Positions 36,061 through 49,369 of a stretch of 49,916 bases of DNA are shown here, piece after piece. The position numbers and the translations under genes are program-made. Numbering within the stretch: the stretch's first letter is position 1; every line of letters begins with the position of its first letter. The notes under the pieces are model-generated. The model had not been told where the DNA came from. It ran no database searches and worked only from the letters and a program-made list of their open reading frames with translations. Source of the stretch: Toensbergia leucococca. Taxonomy: Eukaryota. The stretch spans positions 1 through 49,916 of the forward strand of contig JALDZS010000173.1 of assembly GCA_022813965.1 (NCBI GenBank). Reading direction: 5' to 3'.

Positions 36061-38419
36061 CTTATGCCTTTCTCACTTGTGCCTTTCTCTCTTATGCCTT
36101 TCTCGTATCGTGGTATGATTAAGGAACTTTTACCTGGTCTCCAATGATTGCGCCACTTTCTTGTTCGTCTAACATGATACATGGTCCTCCACTCAACCTT
36201 CTTCATAATGAAGCACTTACCCCAAACATTGTTCGTTCTTCATTCACACCCGCTCTATCCAGTGTTCCTGGAGCAAATTATTACGATTGTCGATTTGCAA
36301 TAAAATCTAGGATTACTGGCGTAACCTATTTGCTTGTTAGTGATTTTTGGTCTTTTAAGCTTCAATCAAAGCGCACCATAGCTGCGAGATGTTGCAATTC
36401 AAGCTGCAACTGAGTTGCAGCTACTTCCTTAATTTCTCCTCTCTGATCTCCAGTATTTCTTTCAGTAAAACCGAAGCAGCCTACATTTCTTCCCGGAGCT
36501 AGAACTTCATTACTCGCACGCTTCATTTCACTCCATCAATCAATCAGCTTGTACATAATCTTCTTGTGGAGCAGACTGATCTTGGAATCCGAATGCGTCA
36601 ATGTCATCTTTGGCACAGAACTAAAGAAGTTGAACTTTGGAGGAATGAGCACCGGGCTTCACTAAGAGGACTGCTGATAGGTGCCGTGGTTCCAGGAATT
36701 GAAACCGCAATAGCTGTAAAGAGGCTCGTTGATCCCCTCTTTTTACCATCTACTGCGGAGGCGGTGAAAAAGATGGTGGTTGAGCGAAGGTGGGTGTGAG
36801 TGGCGCCATGATGTTGGGAGCGATCCAATCCTGCTCAAGAGCGTATTTTAGAGACTTCATAGAGAAGACAGAGCTGTCTGCAGCTTGTTTTTACCACGAT
36901 TAAAGAACACGCTGTTCATCTCTTGGCACGTCAGTGCCTTGCCGCTTACATCAATCCTCGAGAGTAAACACTGGTAGAGCAACTGTTTTTCGTAGGCATG
37001 GTCAACACTTAAGCCCTTTGTGAATGGCCCTCTGTTGATGACATCTTGACCATCACCAGACAAGGCCACCTTGGGATCTGGATTGATCAGACAGGAAAGT
37101 GTGTCAAAGGATGAAGAGAATGGATGATAATATGTCATTGACGGGAATACCAGTTCAAGAAATCACACATGCCGTTTTCATTCTGATGTACCCGTCAAGG
37201 GCTGAGGTCGGAATTGAAACGATGTGTTAAGGTCAATGGATGAACCTTTTAATCATTTCTTGTTACTCTGCATGTGAGCGACTTTCAACTGTGTCACTCA
37301 CATTGATCCCACCTCAGGTTCTTGCCTCACAAGCGCCGAGGAAAGGCGCTCTTGATTCCGAGGACAGCTGATAGACGCAGCAATAGTCCTGATATCTCAA
37401 ACGTGAGTAAAGTTAACCAGGGCCAGGGAAAGTGCACTTGACGCTTGATTCAAATGGTTTAGACTAGGAGAAATGTCGCAAAGAATAAACTCCTAAACTC
37501 ATTATATAACTAAGAGAGACATGGGATCAATATTATACAAGTATGAGACAGAGTGTTCAATATATAAGAACGCAGTCAACAATGTCTAAAGATTGAGACC
37601 AACAGAGAATGGAGCTGAGATGTGTAAGAGGGAGAAAAGGTGGGGGGCATCTACAGCATACATATAGTGGAGAGTGAACATTTGCTCATCGTCCAAAATT
37701 TTCAGTGAATAGCAGAGAAGGTAGAAATTGACATGAACAAGGAGATGAACGGGAATACCTATGATGAATGTGGGAATGCTATTCGAGGGCAGGTCCTTTC
37801 AGTATGAATATGGGGCGTGGGAGAACGAAGGCGCCAGGGTACTGATTCGTTAGGTATTGGATGAGGTGCCATCAAACATCCTAAATGTCGTATCAAAACC
37901 AAAGTAGACTTAACTTTTGTAATCAAAGTGACCCTGATTAAAAACTTAGCTGGAACGGTCATAAAAAGTTAAGCAGACCAGTAATCACAGTCAACCAATC
38001 AAAATCAGAAAGTTTTCACTCACAGTTAAAAGACTTATCGAGGCAACATGAACAGCCGCAAGCACTACTCAAGAGAAAATCTTTACTTTGCAGCAGAAGT
38101 ACGTACCTCACAGATTAGTAATGTGCGATCACTCAAATTGCAGTACGGATAATAAAAAGACTCATGCACGATACTCGTACATTGTTAGTATTGCATGGTT
38201 GAACAGGTTGCATCGAGTCAAACCTGCGATATGCAGGTATTCTTTAAAAGGCGACCGAATGGAAGACACAAAGTGGAAGAGTTGCGGGGAGATTGTGGTC
38301 ACGTCTTCAATTGCTCCAGAGGGTCTGGGACGATGGAGGAGACTATTGAAAGAGGTCGGGGACCGCACTCAAGGAAGAAATAGCACAGTGATTACCTTTC
38401 GCACAGATTCCCACGAGCT

Positions 38420-39193
38420 AGATTGAATGATTTCTTGGTGCCTCAGGACAGACTAGAGGTATGATGGGATATTACAGTCCTACTGATATACCAAGTATGA
38501 GTATCTGACGATAGAGCAGGAGCATTTCTCACCGTCTTCCGCAGGAAGTATCCCGATATTCCAATGACTGCCTTCTTGCGATCCGCAGTATTTGATACGG
38601 CATTCGAGGCGCTAGGGAATACGACCGTCGTCCATAGTACCTTTGACGAATACGACGCAGTGGATAATGATGATGCTACACCTAGCATCATTATAGATTG
38701 TGCCGCTTCCGGCTTGATAGAAGCCATCCTCCGTGGAATCCGCGTCACAAAGATTCAGAAGAAGCCCATCTTGGTTCATTTGAGTGGCACAGGGAATGTT
38801 GTGGACGGCAGTAAAACAGGAACATCCGTTTAATGATGCCGACCCGGAAGAAGTTCGCAGAATCAATTCGTCAAATGCGCCAAATGGTGCCACGAATGAG
38901 CTAATTATGAGGGCAGCTACGATGGGGGGACATCAAAGTCTTGTTTGTTTGTCCAGGAGGGATTCAAGGCGCGGGTTTCGACCACGTTGGCTCAGTGGCC
39001 GGTGATATTTCGGCATTGTAGCGGGAAAAGAGATCCATACTGAACATCGACTGTCCTAAAAGTTAAGCCAATGTCTGATCTTGGATATAGGTACATCCGG
39101 AGTAACATGCTTGTCGAGTCTGATAATGCCGAGTCTCTGGGATGGAAACCCCATGAAATGCCACTGTTCGGAACATTGGAACAATCAAAATAA
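38420..39193 (+). pseudogene. NAD(P)-binding epimerase/dehydratase-like (extended SDR) pseudogene
   Basis: Fragments FLGASGQTR, MTAFLRS, IIIDCAAS, LVHLSGTG, FVCPGGIQG and AESLGWKP lie in shifting frames with stops. Confidence 0.65.
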
Positions 39194-40388
39194 TAACGGC
39201 CGCTTCGTGATGACAATACCAAGGTCAATGTTTTCAAAATTCCGGCTTCTGTTTGACTTGACACTCTACGTACGTGTTTGAATTCCGCGTCGTTGGTAGA
39301 GTACAGTCCTTTAACTCGCACTATACTCCTGTACAATCTTATAAATCTTGAATAAAAATCCCTTTGATCGTAAGCACTCTTGCATATTGATAGTCTTGAA
39401 AAGCATGCTCCAGTGGTAACAAAAAATGGAATAGACGTCAATGTCATGATGCTTTTTCATCATAGCTGTACCGACAATCACGGAGACTTCAATTCTGCTT
39501 GTGATAAATTAAATGATAGTAAAGTGGGTAGGCATCGAATTCAATAAGAGGGAGCTGTAGGTAGAAAGAGCCTCACCTCTTCATCTCTCATTGTATGACG
39601 CACAAGAACGCTTCCAAGCGTAGCACGGTGTATTGAGGTGGGTGTCGGTACCTAAGCTATGTAGTCGACACCTAGGCGTCATTACATGATATGGCCCACA
39701 TATTCTGGGGGACATCCAATATAAGCACCTTCAAAGCCAACTCTCAGCTTTCATGGCGTTGACGACTTGTGAGCCTAGAGAAGAACAAGGACAAGTTGAT
39801 TCATGAAAGATAAAATGCTGTGAGGAAGTGGTCAAGATTGCGGAGATTGGTCGGACCGAGCAAACACAGCCGACCAGGGCTATTCTAGTATTATAGACCT
39901 TAGATTTCTTTCTAAACACCTCAAATACGACAAGGAGACAAGTACTCGGCAAAGCACCTCCCCCTCTGAAGCCTGCTTCGATTTACAAAGCTCACCTTTT
40001 CACCATGTTGACCCGAAGTTGCCAAAGCTATTTCTACTTCTCGCTATCAGCGTCTTCGATCTTGAAACAGGCTAATCGGTGCGGCTGTAGCGCTCAAAGA
40101 GCTCCGCCTGGTCGGCGAGTCGGCGACAATGCAACCGACGAAATTGGCTGCGTCTTGACTGGCTGAGCTGGGGATATTTGGGGATAAATGCAAGACGAGA
40201 AAGGCACATTGGTGAAGCTAATGTAGGTACTACTGGTACTTAATCTACACTACAATACTAGCTGCAGGGCTGATGGCTTTTAGTCCAGGGCACACCTTCG
40301 AGGCTGTTTGGTACTATGCAAGCACGTTACCCATGGCTTCAAAAGCCCACTCTCCCTCGTACCTGGACATCCATCCACCGACTACACC

Positions 40389-42219
40389 ATGTTCTCAAAA
40401 CCCCATCCTACCGAGTACGAATTACAGAATGCCGATAACCCTTTTCTGGCAGATAGTGACCATATCTCAAAGCATCCTCACCGAGACAATACTCTGTCGA
40501 GCTGGCTGTGGGACTGGTGGCTTTGGGATTTACTCGGAATCGCAACCAGCATCGCCGCCACCGCCGCCATGATCATTGTTCTCGCCGTTTACGACTCTAG
40601 ATCGTTGCCTGACTGGCCTCTCGGCATCACTATCAACGCATTCATATCCTTTTTTTCTACTATTGCCAAAGCCGCAATGCTTTTGCCAGTAGCCGAGAGC
40701 ATCGGTCAGCTGAAATGGCTATGGTTTGATCAACCACGGAGCCTAAGAGACTTTCAGACTTTTGATGACGCTAGTCGTGGGCCATGGGGATCCGTTCAAT
40801 TAATGGTCCGATCACGCTCTGTGCGCTTGGTTGCCGTGGGAGCAATCATTACAATAGTTGCTGTTGCTATCGATCCTTTCGTGCAGCAAGTCGTATCATA
40901 CCCTCTGCAGTCAGTGGAGATTGGCAACGCTACGGTTGGGAGAGCTCAGATCTATAATGCCGACATAGACATCGATGAATGTAAGTGATTAGTGACACTC
41001 GCGTTCTTGGCCTAGCTAATTTGATCTGTTCGTAGCCGACGGAGGCTTACAGGTGGGACCTGAATTCGCCATGAAGGCAGCAATCTACAATGGCATTTTC
41101 ACTCCATCAAATGAATCCTCGGTCATTCCAAATTGTCTAACAGGAAATTGTACATTTCCTCTGTTTGATTCCTTGGCCTTTTGCAGCCAATGCAGTAACG
41201 TCACCAATGAAGTAAAGTTTGCTCACTCCAAAGACGACCCTGTGGTTACAACTTTCCATTATTCCCTACCTGGAAGCGCTGAGGTTTCTTTTGAAGCTGA
41301 ATACGAGGCTGGAGATCTTGTGGACGGTCCAGCCATGATCACCACTACCGATATTCCGGAAAATGCATCGAGTGCTGTTCTAGGTATTCAGAACCCCATC
41401 ATCTCTTTCGCTATGCTTCAGTTCCCTGATGTCTGGATGGAAGAGAATCAAGGTAGCTTTTTCAATCAAATGCCACAAGCTGCTGAGTGTGCCTTGTACT
41501 TCTGTGTCAATACATACAACGTCAGCGTCACCAACGGTGTGACAACCTCCGAGATCCTCTCAACCTGGCACAACGAGACTGGTAACCCTACCACTGGCTC
41601 TGCTGGTATCGGCATAGGTGCCTCAGATGGAATTCTCCAGCCACCTAAAAGCGACCTTAGTCTTGATATATCAGAAAACTCTACCTTCTGGATCCCCTCA
41701 GGAACTATAGCTGCTATGAAAGAGTATCTCAACGTTACCTTCACCGGTTTTGTGAATGTCAGCGGCGGTGAAGTTGACGCTTCTGATGGACCTGTGTTTG
41801 TAAACGACGTCATGCAGGCTCTGAATCTTACTCAAAATATTACAGCCCTGATGGAAGGTTTGGCTACTTCTATGACTTCGTATCTTCGGAACGTAGGAGG
41901 CAATAATGAAACCACAGCGATTGGCACAACCTCCAAAATGGAAACTTATGTTCACGTACGATGGGCATGGCTTGGATTACCAATTGGTTTGTTGATCTTA
42001 TCCACAATCTTCTTGATCATCACGATGATCACTAGTAAGCGGCGAGGTTTTGCTATCTGGAAAACGTCCAGTCTGGCGATGCTCTTCCACGGATTGGATG
42101 GTATACAAGAGCACCATGCTGTGGAAAGCCGAGGTCAAATGGATGATATCGCTGTTCATACTAGGGTGAAATTGAGACGCGGTGAGATTGGTGACTTGCG
42201 ATTGGTAGCTGGGCCGTGA
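40389..42219 (+). CDS. DUF3176 family membrane protein, 2 exons
   Basis: WWLWD..., ITINAFISFFSTIAKAAMLLPVAESIGQLKWLWF, DFQTFDDASRGPWGS, DPFVQQ, CLTGNCTF, YVHVRWAWL, WKTSSLAMLFHGL. Intron 40981-41035. Confidence 0.9.
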
Positions 42220-43098
42220 GACGAGATAATTCAGCCCCAAGCTTCTAGGATTAGAGCAAATGAGAATTGATACTACGAAGATTGGGGCGAGCTCGAATCA
42301 GCAGGCCCGGAGGCTAAGGCCTTGTGTTGAAGTCGCAAATGCAGATCGGAATACCCTGACCCGAAAAGCGCTTTACTAGAGGCTCTCTCTGAGCGGGACC
42401 GACAAATGTACCACTCAACCCCGGTACAGGTGCCAGCGAACGATCAATCTATAGGACTCGAGTAAATCCCCGTCTTCACCACCAGGCACCGCGACTTCAT
42501 CTCTCTCAGGGAAGACCTTTCCAAAACCCCCATTTCAAAAGCTTGTACTCTTTCGTCAACCATCTTACCAGTGCGATTCTATTACCCGACTACTTTAAGC
42601 ACAGGGTAGTTACGACACAAAGTGATGCTGGAGTAAGAGTAATGATGTGTATGAGCAATCTTGGGTGTTCTATGTGGGGAATCGAGATTCCTTGCTTGAT
42701 TAAAATAAGGTTGATATGATATGCTAAATACGGTTGTGAGCAGAAGCTGAGTTGATTGATAAAGGTTGATAGCGGCGTGGTGAGAATGTGGATAGTAGCA
42801 TTTTGAAAAAAAATCACAAGAAATATGAATTTTCGAATTGAGTCTGTTAGCTGCACTGATTCTAAGATAGAGGCACTAGGTAGTCTGAATAAATTCATTA
42901 GTTGGTCCGGGCCCGCAAAACTTATGTTTGGTATAGCGCGCTCAATAGATCTTGCTTTTTGGCACTGCTACGATTTTCATGCCAATACTAATAGACTACA
43001 GCTATAGAATAGAAGACCAAGGACGCCTAAGCCCAATGCAACACTATCTTCCTCCCAAAAAACCATATTGCAGAAACGAATGAGCTGAAATCAATCCC

Positions 43099-44919
43099 TC
43101 ACACAGCCATAATACTCCGGCCTCCATCAGCAGTAATGCGCCTCCGCACGCGAATCTTGACGTACTCCATGCCCAACTTCCGAACAATCTGCCGCACTTG
43201 CCCCTCAGCGTCCATCTTGTCCGAGACATCGAGCATTGCCGATGGCGAGAACAGCAGCGCTTCACCAGCCTGCAACGTTACAATCTTCCTGAAAATCTCC
43301 TGCGTATTTCTGCCTTCGTCGGCTCCCGTCGTGGATGCGCCGGCGAGGTGGGAACTTAGGGCTTTGAGCCAGTCAGGGGAGGTGAAGCGATGTACTATTG
43401 TCATGCTGCTCAGGTCGAGGAGTTTGGGGGATATGGTGGGTTCCTGCGTGGCAACGATGATGCGGGCCGCCAAATGGCGCTGTAGTCGGATGACACTAAG
43501 AAGGCTTTCTGTGAAGGCTGTGGCGGCCGCGGTGCTCGTCATAAACTATGAGAAGAGGGGTCAGCTAATGCCTTTTTTGCACTAGAAGAAGTTGATTTGC
43601 CTTATGAGCCTCATCCAATGCGACCACGCGATCAACTTTGCGGGGAACGGCACCACCGTGATCAGTATTGCCACGCTTTCCAAGGAACAATGCCAAGCAG
43701 ATGTCAAACAATGCACACGCGTCCCCATCGTCTACGAAGGGACAGCTGAGATCGACAATCGTCAAAGATCCAGGTTCAAAGTTCCAAATGTCTTCAGTGG
43801 TATTGGAGGCCTTTTTAACCGACTTGATACTGCCGGGGATTGGAGGAAGCTCCATGAAGCTCTCGAGTAGTTCCAGACGGAGCCTGAGAGGCATGTTCTG
43901 CTTGTCTGAAAATCCTTCTTGGATTAAGTTTTTCTTGAAGGCCGCGTAATTTAGTCCTGAGTCGCTTTTGCTTTCTTTGGCCATTTGGCGAAGAATTCTG
44001 GAGACACACTAGGGAATGTCAGTGTTCAGCAGAAGAGATGAAACCATATGTGTTGACCAACTTCCATGTATAGAGGTAACGGGCCATCCTTCTCATTGAC
44101 AGCCATCAAACTCTTCATTCTCTGAATATTGAGATGTTCCTCCCTCAAAAGCATTGGCACAACTCGGGGTCTTGGCGATCTGGCTGAAAGGCCGGGAAGA
44201 TTCGAGTACATGTGTAGCATGGCCGTATAATTACTCGGAGACACTAGAATTCGGACAGGTATACCAGCAGAGCAGAGGTACGCTGCTTCACAGAGCTGGC
44301 CGCTTGAGAAACTCGTGAACTTGTCGTAATGAAATACCATGACGGCCAGAGGATTTGGGAGCTCGCCGACGGGGGATTCCTTCAAGCAGTTCTCCAACAT
44401 GCAGGACAGCGTATGGCTCTTTCCACTACCTTGAGAACCGCAGATGAAAGCAGACCATGGCGTGTTCACATTTAGGAAGAGGCGATCGCTGTCGGATATC
44501 TCTCTACTAGAGGATAATTCTGGTCCTATTTCTTGCGAAGTGCCGATCCGCGCGGCAAGCAAGCCATATTGAGGAAATGTAAGTTTCTTGATAGCTGATC
44601 CTTCGCTTTCCACATCCAGGTCTTCTACCTCGTATTGAACAACGGCAGAGAATAGTGGCGTAGTTTTCAGCTCTTCCGAGTTCACATTCCTGGTGTAATT
44701 GCCATCCTGCACTGGTGTAAGCAGAGAATTTTGGGATTCTATAGCTTCTCGTCTCCTTTTTCGGTGTTCGATAGCTTTGGTGGAGCCTAAGGCGGACATC
44801 TGTTCGTGAATGGAAGCTATACAAAAACTATCTGTAATGATTTCGATGGAGCTCGTAGAGTCAGATGCGTCAGAAACACTGCTCGGGACCGGAGATGAAG
44901 TGATCGGAGCTGAAGCCAT
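43099..44919 (-). CDS. P-loop NTPase of HerA/FtsK/VirB4-like type (fungal family of unknown function), 3 exons
   Basis: Walker A ICGSQGSGKSHT, Walker B VVALDEAHK, R-finger-like IRLQRH, IIVATQEP motif. Second intron 43546-43600 has GC-AG ends. Confidence 0.85.
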
Positions 44920-46013
44920 CTTTATATTGACTAGTAAATCTGCTGGCGAGGGTGACTTGTAACAAAGGCGGGCACGCTGTGTTGAGGATATTCGCGAGGG
45001 AGCCGGTAAGTACTCTGCTATGAAATGAAATTCATTGTGACTCAACAAACAAGTTTAAATCTAACACTTGAAAGCAAACCATTTCTCCATATGGGCTGAT
45101 ACTTCAGATAGGATCTCGGATGCTTGATGGTTCATCAGACAGAAATGACATCTCACAAAAATCTAAAGCCTTCACGTTTAGGAGACCCGCGCAGCATGTT
45201 TAGTGAGATTAATAAAGAAGACAAGATTGCCAGGAGCCGAGACATGACGGATCTATGCTTGAAGATACTGCAGCTTACCGTTCATCAAACCTGAAAGACT
45301 CTCCATCCATAAGGGTAGCCGGTCTTTATGTGCATAGGCTTCTGGGAATTTCCATCACAATTGTCATTCAAAGAACGAGTAAGACCACATGGATGTAGGG
45401 TGGTCATATGAGAGAAACAGAACCTGAGAAGAATCCTGAGCACGAAATCTCTCCAGCTGCAACGAGTAGAAGTAGGACGAGTGAGTGGATTTGAGACTTC
45501 ATTTCTCTTCCGAGAGTGCTATTTGCAATTTGCACAAGTGAAAGGATGTCTTGTATGAGTAGCACTAGCATCAATTTCTTTCTTAGAGGTATGCTTGAGT
45601 GGGAAAAGCATCTACCTAATCTACAGTGATATCTTGAATAGCAGTGAAAACAACGTTTTCAATACCGTTTATTAGTTCTGGAACTAGTGTCAGGATAATT
45701 ACCGATTTAGCCGCATAAAGCCCACGCGAGGACTTTTCCTCCCTCTTCATTCCCCATCCTCACCACGGACAAGACTAAGCCAAAGGTCACAGGTTCCACA
45801 ATGCACGGTCCTCCAACGGTCCTTGCTCCTCATCTGGTTACTGTCCAATGCTTTCTACGATGCGATCTAGCCAAGTCTATGCGCTAATGCAGGTCATGGC
45901 CAAACCCCCATCTTCGAGGCATCCCAGCTTTGATGAAAAGCGGGGCAATCAACCTAACGCAGCGCACCGGAGCAACATCTCTTTGCATAAAGCTACCTTT
46001 TGCTGCTGCCAGG

Positions 46014-48019
46014 ATGAATCCGACACTCTCTTCCTTCGAATTGTGGTGTGACAACCTTGTTCGTGCCTGTGGCCTTGTTCTGGCCTCTACATCGCTGCAG
46101 AAAGTCTTCAGCCCGATTTGCTCAACCACTACAGCTACTGTGAACTATCCAGCTAGTACTGCCACTCCTTTGGCTCTCCTGTCCTACTCGTATTGCGGTG
46201 GCAATTTGACTGCTCAGGCTTATATTGAGGTAAAGTCTACGCCCTGTCCAAAATCCGGCATTGTATTCCGCTGACAGGAACCGCATTACAGAATCTCTGC
46301 TATAATAAGGTAGTCACTCTATACTACTCTGATGAAGCTGGTTCCTCGACTCCTCTAAGCGCCATTGACTTTGGATATCTTGAATCTGTTGACGGCACAA
46401 ATGACATGTGGGAAATCTGGGGCGCTGTTACCCCTGTCTACGTCGACGGAATCTCCAACCTCCTAAACCTCACATACGACGCTGTGGACCTGAATGAGGT
46501 CTTTGACCAAATTCTGAACGTCGGAATAAATCCTAGTGGAGAGCCAGCTCCCACACCTGCAGCGCCACCTGTCCCTTACGCTACTCCGAGGGACTTTGGC
46601 CAAGACATCACAAATTGGCTTGCCGTTTCGACTACCTCTGAGGCTGGTATCAGCAAGGCCCGTTTGTTCAATAATATTGACATCCCCGGTGCCGCTCTAG
46701 GTACCGTCATCGCAGGTCAATCGTTCGCTAATCCAGATTACGCTTATAACTGGGTGCGAGATGCCTCACGTACGATAAGCGTGGTCTATGACTTTTATAC
46801 TGCTGCTAATTCGACTGTCTCAAGGGCGACCTATGAGTCTATACTTTTTGAATACGCCCAGGCCGGCGCAACAGAGCAGAACGACCAGGACTTGATCACT
46901 GGTCTTGGCGAACCGAAATTCTTTCTCAATAATTCTGCTTTTACAGGTCCATGGGGCCGACCCCAGAATGATGGTCCTGCAAGTAGAGCAATCACCCTCA
47001 TGAACTTTGCAAATGCATATTTGAGTAATGGCGGCTCACTCTCGACCGTTGACCAGAGGATCTGGGATTCGGTCACTTATCCGAGCCAAGCGCCTGTGAT
47101 GAAAGACCTTAAGTTTGTTGCCGCGAACTGGACCTATCCATCTTTTGATCTTTGGGAGGAAGAGTCATCTGATCATTTTTACACAAGAATGGTTCAGCGA
47201 CGTGCTTTAATCATGGGCTCGGTATTTGCCACCAACTTTGGAGACAGCGCATTGAGTAGTATGTTCTCATCGGCCGCTGCAGCACTTACAGCTACACTCT
47301 CTCAATTCTGGGATCCTGCGCGTAATCTAATTCTATATGAACATGGTCCTGTACTAAGAGGCAAAAGCTCGTACAAAGATGTCGCTGTTGTCCTGGGAGT
47401 CTTACACGGCTATAATAACGACGACGTATATGGGCCCACCAACGACCAGGTTCTCGCATCTGCTTATGAGATTGCAACGTCTTTTCTACCCATCTATCTC
47501 GTTGCCCAAACCACCGTTGATCCCACCAGTGAACTACCTTTAGGCATCCCTGTTGGCCGGTATCCTGAGGATACCTACAATGGTATTACCACGGATGGTC
47601 TTGGAAATCCATGGTATCTCTGTACTGTATCTATGGCCGAGCTCTTCTACCGCGCGGCAACACAATATGTCAACATCGACAAGCAAATCGTTATCACAAG
47701 CGCATCGCTTCCCTTCTGGCAATACTTTGCCCCTCAAGAAACGTACGATCTCGGCACGAAAGATACTTACGGAAGCAATGACCATCATTTTGCGCAGATG
47801 GTGCTAAGTTTGAAAGGATGGGGCGATGCGTTTATGCGGCGAGTCAAATATGAGACACCTGCTAATGGGCACTTGACAGAACAGTATGACAGAAACACAG
47901 GAGCACCGACGGGGGCGTTGGATTTGACGTGGAGTTATGCAGCGCTTTTGACGGCGAGTTTCAGCAGAGCGCAGTTGATGGGTGATACAACATATCTGCC
48001 TAGGTTGTCTAATCTATAG
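46014..48019 (+). CDS. Glucoamylase (GH15) with N-terminal CBM21-like starch-binding module; start uncertain (45933 or 46014)
   Basis: GH15 motifs PDYAYNWVRDA, LGEPKF, WGRPQNDGPA, FDLWEEE, VGRYPEDTY, GNPWYL, DLTWSYAA. Spliced N-terminus YSYCGGNLTAQAYIE|NLCYNKVVTLYY...WEIW (intron ~46230-46291). Confidence 0.9.
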
Positions 48020-48337
48020 AAGTAGAAGGTTGGTACGAGTACATAACAGTATGGTAAGGACGTGCGAGTATAGTAGGTAGGTAGGTATGTAGGTAATAAA
48101 AGCATTGACATTGCATCATTCAATTCACCAACCTTAGTTCAATGTCGAGTGTCACAAAGCCTCATTTCGGCGAGGTGCATGAGAAGCCCGTGATGAGGCA
48201 TTAAGCGGCACGAGCGGCCACAAATCAGGACTCTTTCTATCATCATTGCGGCCTGCTACCTTTTCTTTTACCTCAGATCACCCTCCTCTTGGCACTCTCT
48301 CCTCCATAAATCTTGGTTGCACAAAGGACGCTTCAAC

Positions 48338-49369
48338 ATGAATCTCTCAACCTCACTCATTGTACTGCTACCAGTTCTCGTAAGCCTCCCTTCCCCAACC
48401 CTAGCATCACAACCACTAACTTCCAAACCTAGCTCCTCCTCATACTTACAGCCATCGCAGCGTACGTATTTCGACCCTTACTCCAACTCCCAATCTAACA
48501 TCGATTAGCTTCTCTCTCTACAACATCCGCTCCCTCTCCCTTCCCATCCCAATCTCAACAGCAACTGCCACCCTGCTTCTCCCTCTTTTCACGAGTCTCA
48601 CCTTCTCCTTCCCCCAAAAGCCTCAGCGTCTCGCCCTCCCTTCCTCTATCACCCTTCAAAAAAGCACCATCACCTCAACAACAATCACAGCCACCATCCT
48701 CCTCCTAATCTACGCAACCACCCTCGCCACCTTATCTTTGACCCACCTTCTCCCTCTGGACGCCCTAACTTGCCCCCTCAACGAACAATGGCTCCGTCTA
48801 TACACCTCCAAAAATGGCCCGGCCGTCCGCCGCATCCAGGACGCACACCAATGCTGCGGCTTGCACAGCGTGCGTGACAAAGCTTGGCCCTTTCCGGATA
48901 AGACGCACGGTGTTGATACGTGCGCGAAACGCTTTGAGAGGAACGGGGCTTGTTTTGGACCATGGAGAAAGGATCAGCAGGTTGCAGCGGGATTGTTGCT
49001 GCTAGTCGTATTAGGCACCGCGGCGGTAAAGGTGAGTTCCAGTTTCTTTTGCAATGAGCTAGCTACATAAACCTTCTTTGCTCTAACAAAGACACTCTCC
49101 ACAACGTGCAGCTAGCCATGCTCCTCCTTGCTCCTCAGACTCGAACCCCATGGCTCCAGAACCTGTTTCACCGTCTTGGAAGAAGCGACCATTCCCGTAC
49201 CCCCAATCATGACCGTGCTATCGACGAAACCCCGAGCACACGCACTCCACGAATCGAAGCGTACCATGATGCTAGTGACGAGGACATGGATCTTGCTTCG
49301 GAAGAACGTGGGGCGGTGGTCCAGCCGAGCGGATTACGCGGTGGGGACAATGCGTGGAGGGAGGAATAG
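48338..49369 (+). CDS. Fungal tetraspanin (Tsp3-like), multi-exon
   Basis: Extracellular loop CPLNEQWLRLYTSKN..VRRIQDAHQCCGL..DKAWPFP...C...CFGPWR with flanking TM helices. Short GT-AG introns at the 5' end and at ~49032-49111. Confidence 0.82.
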
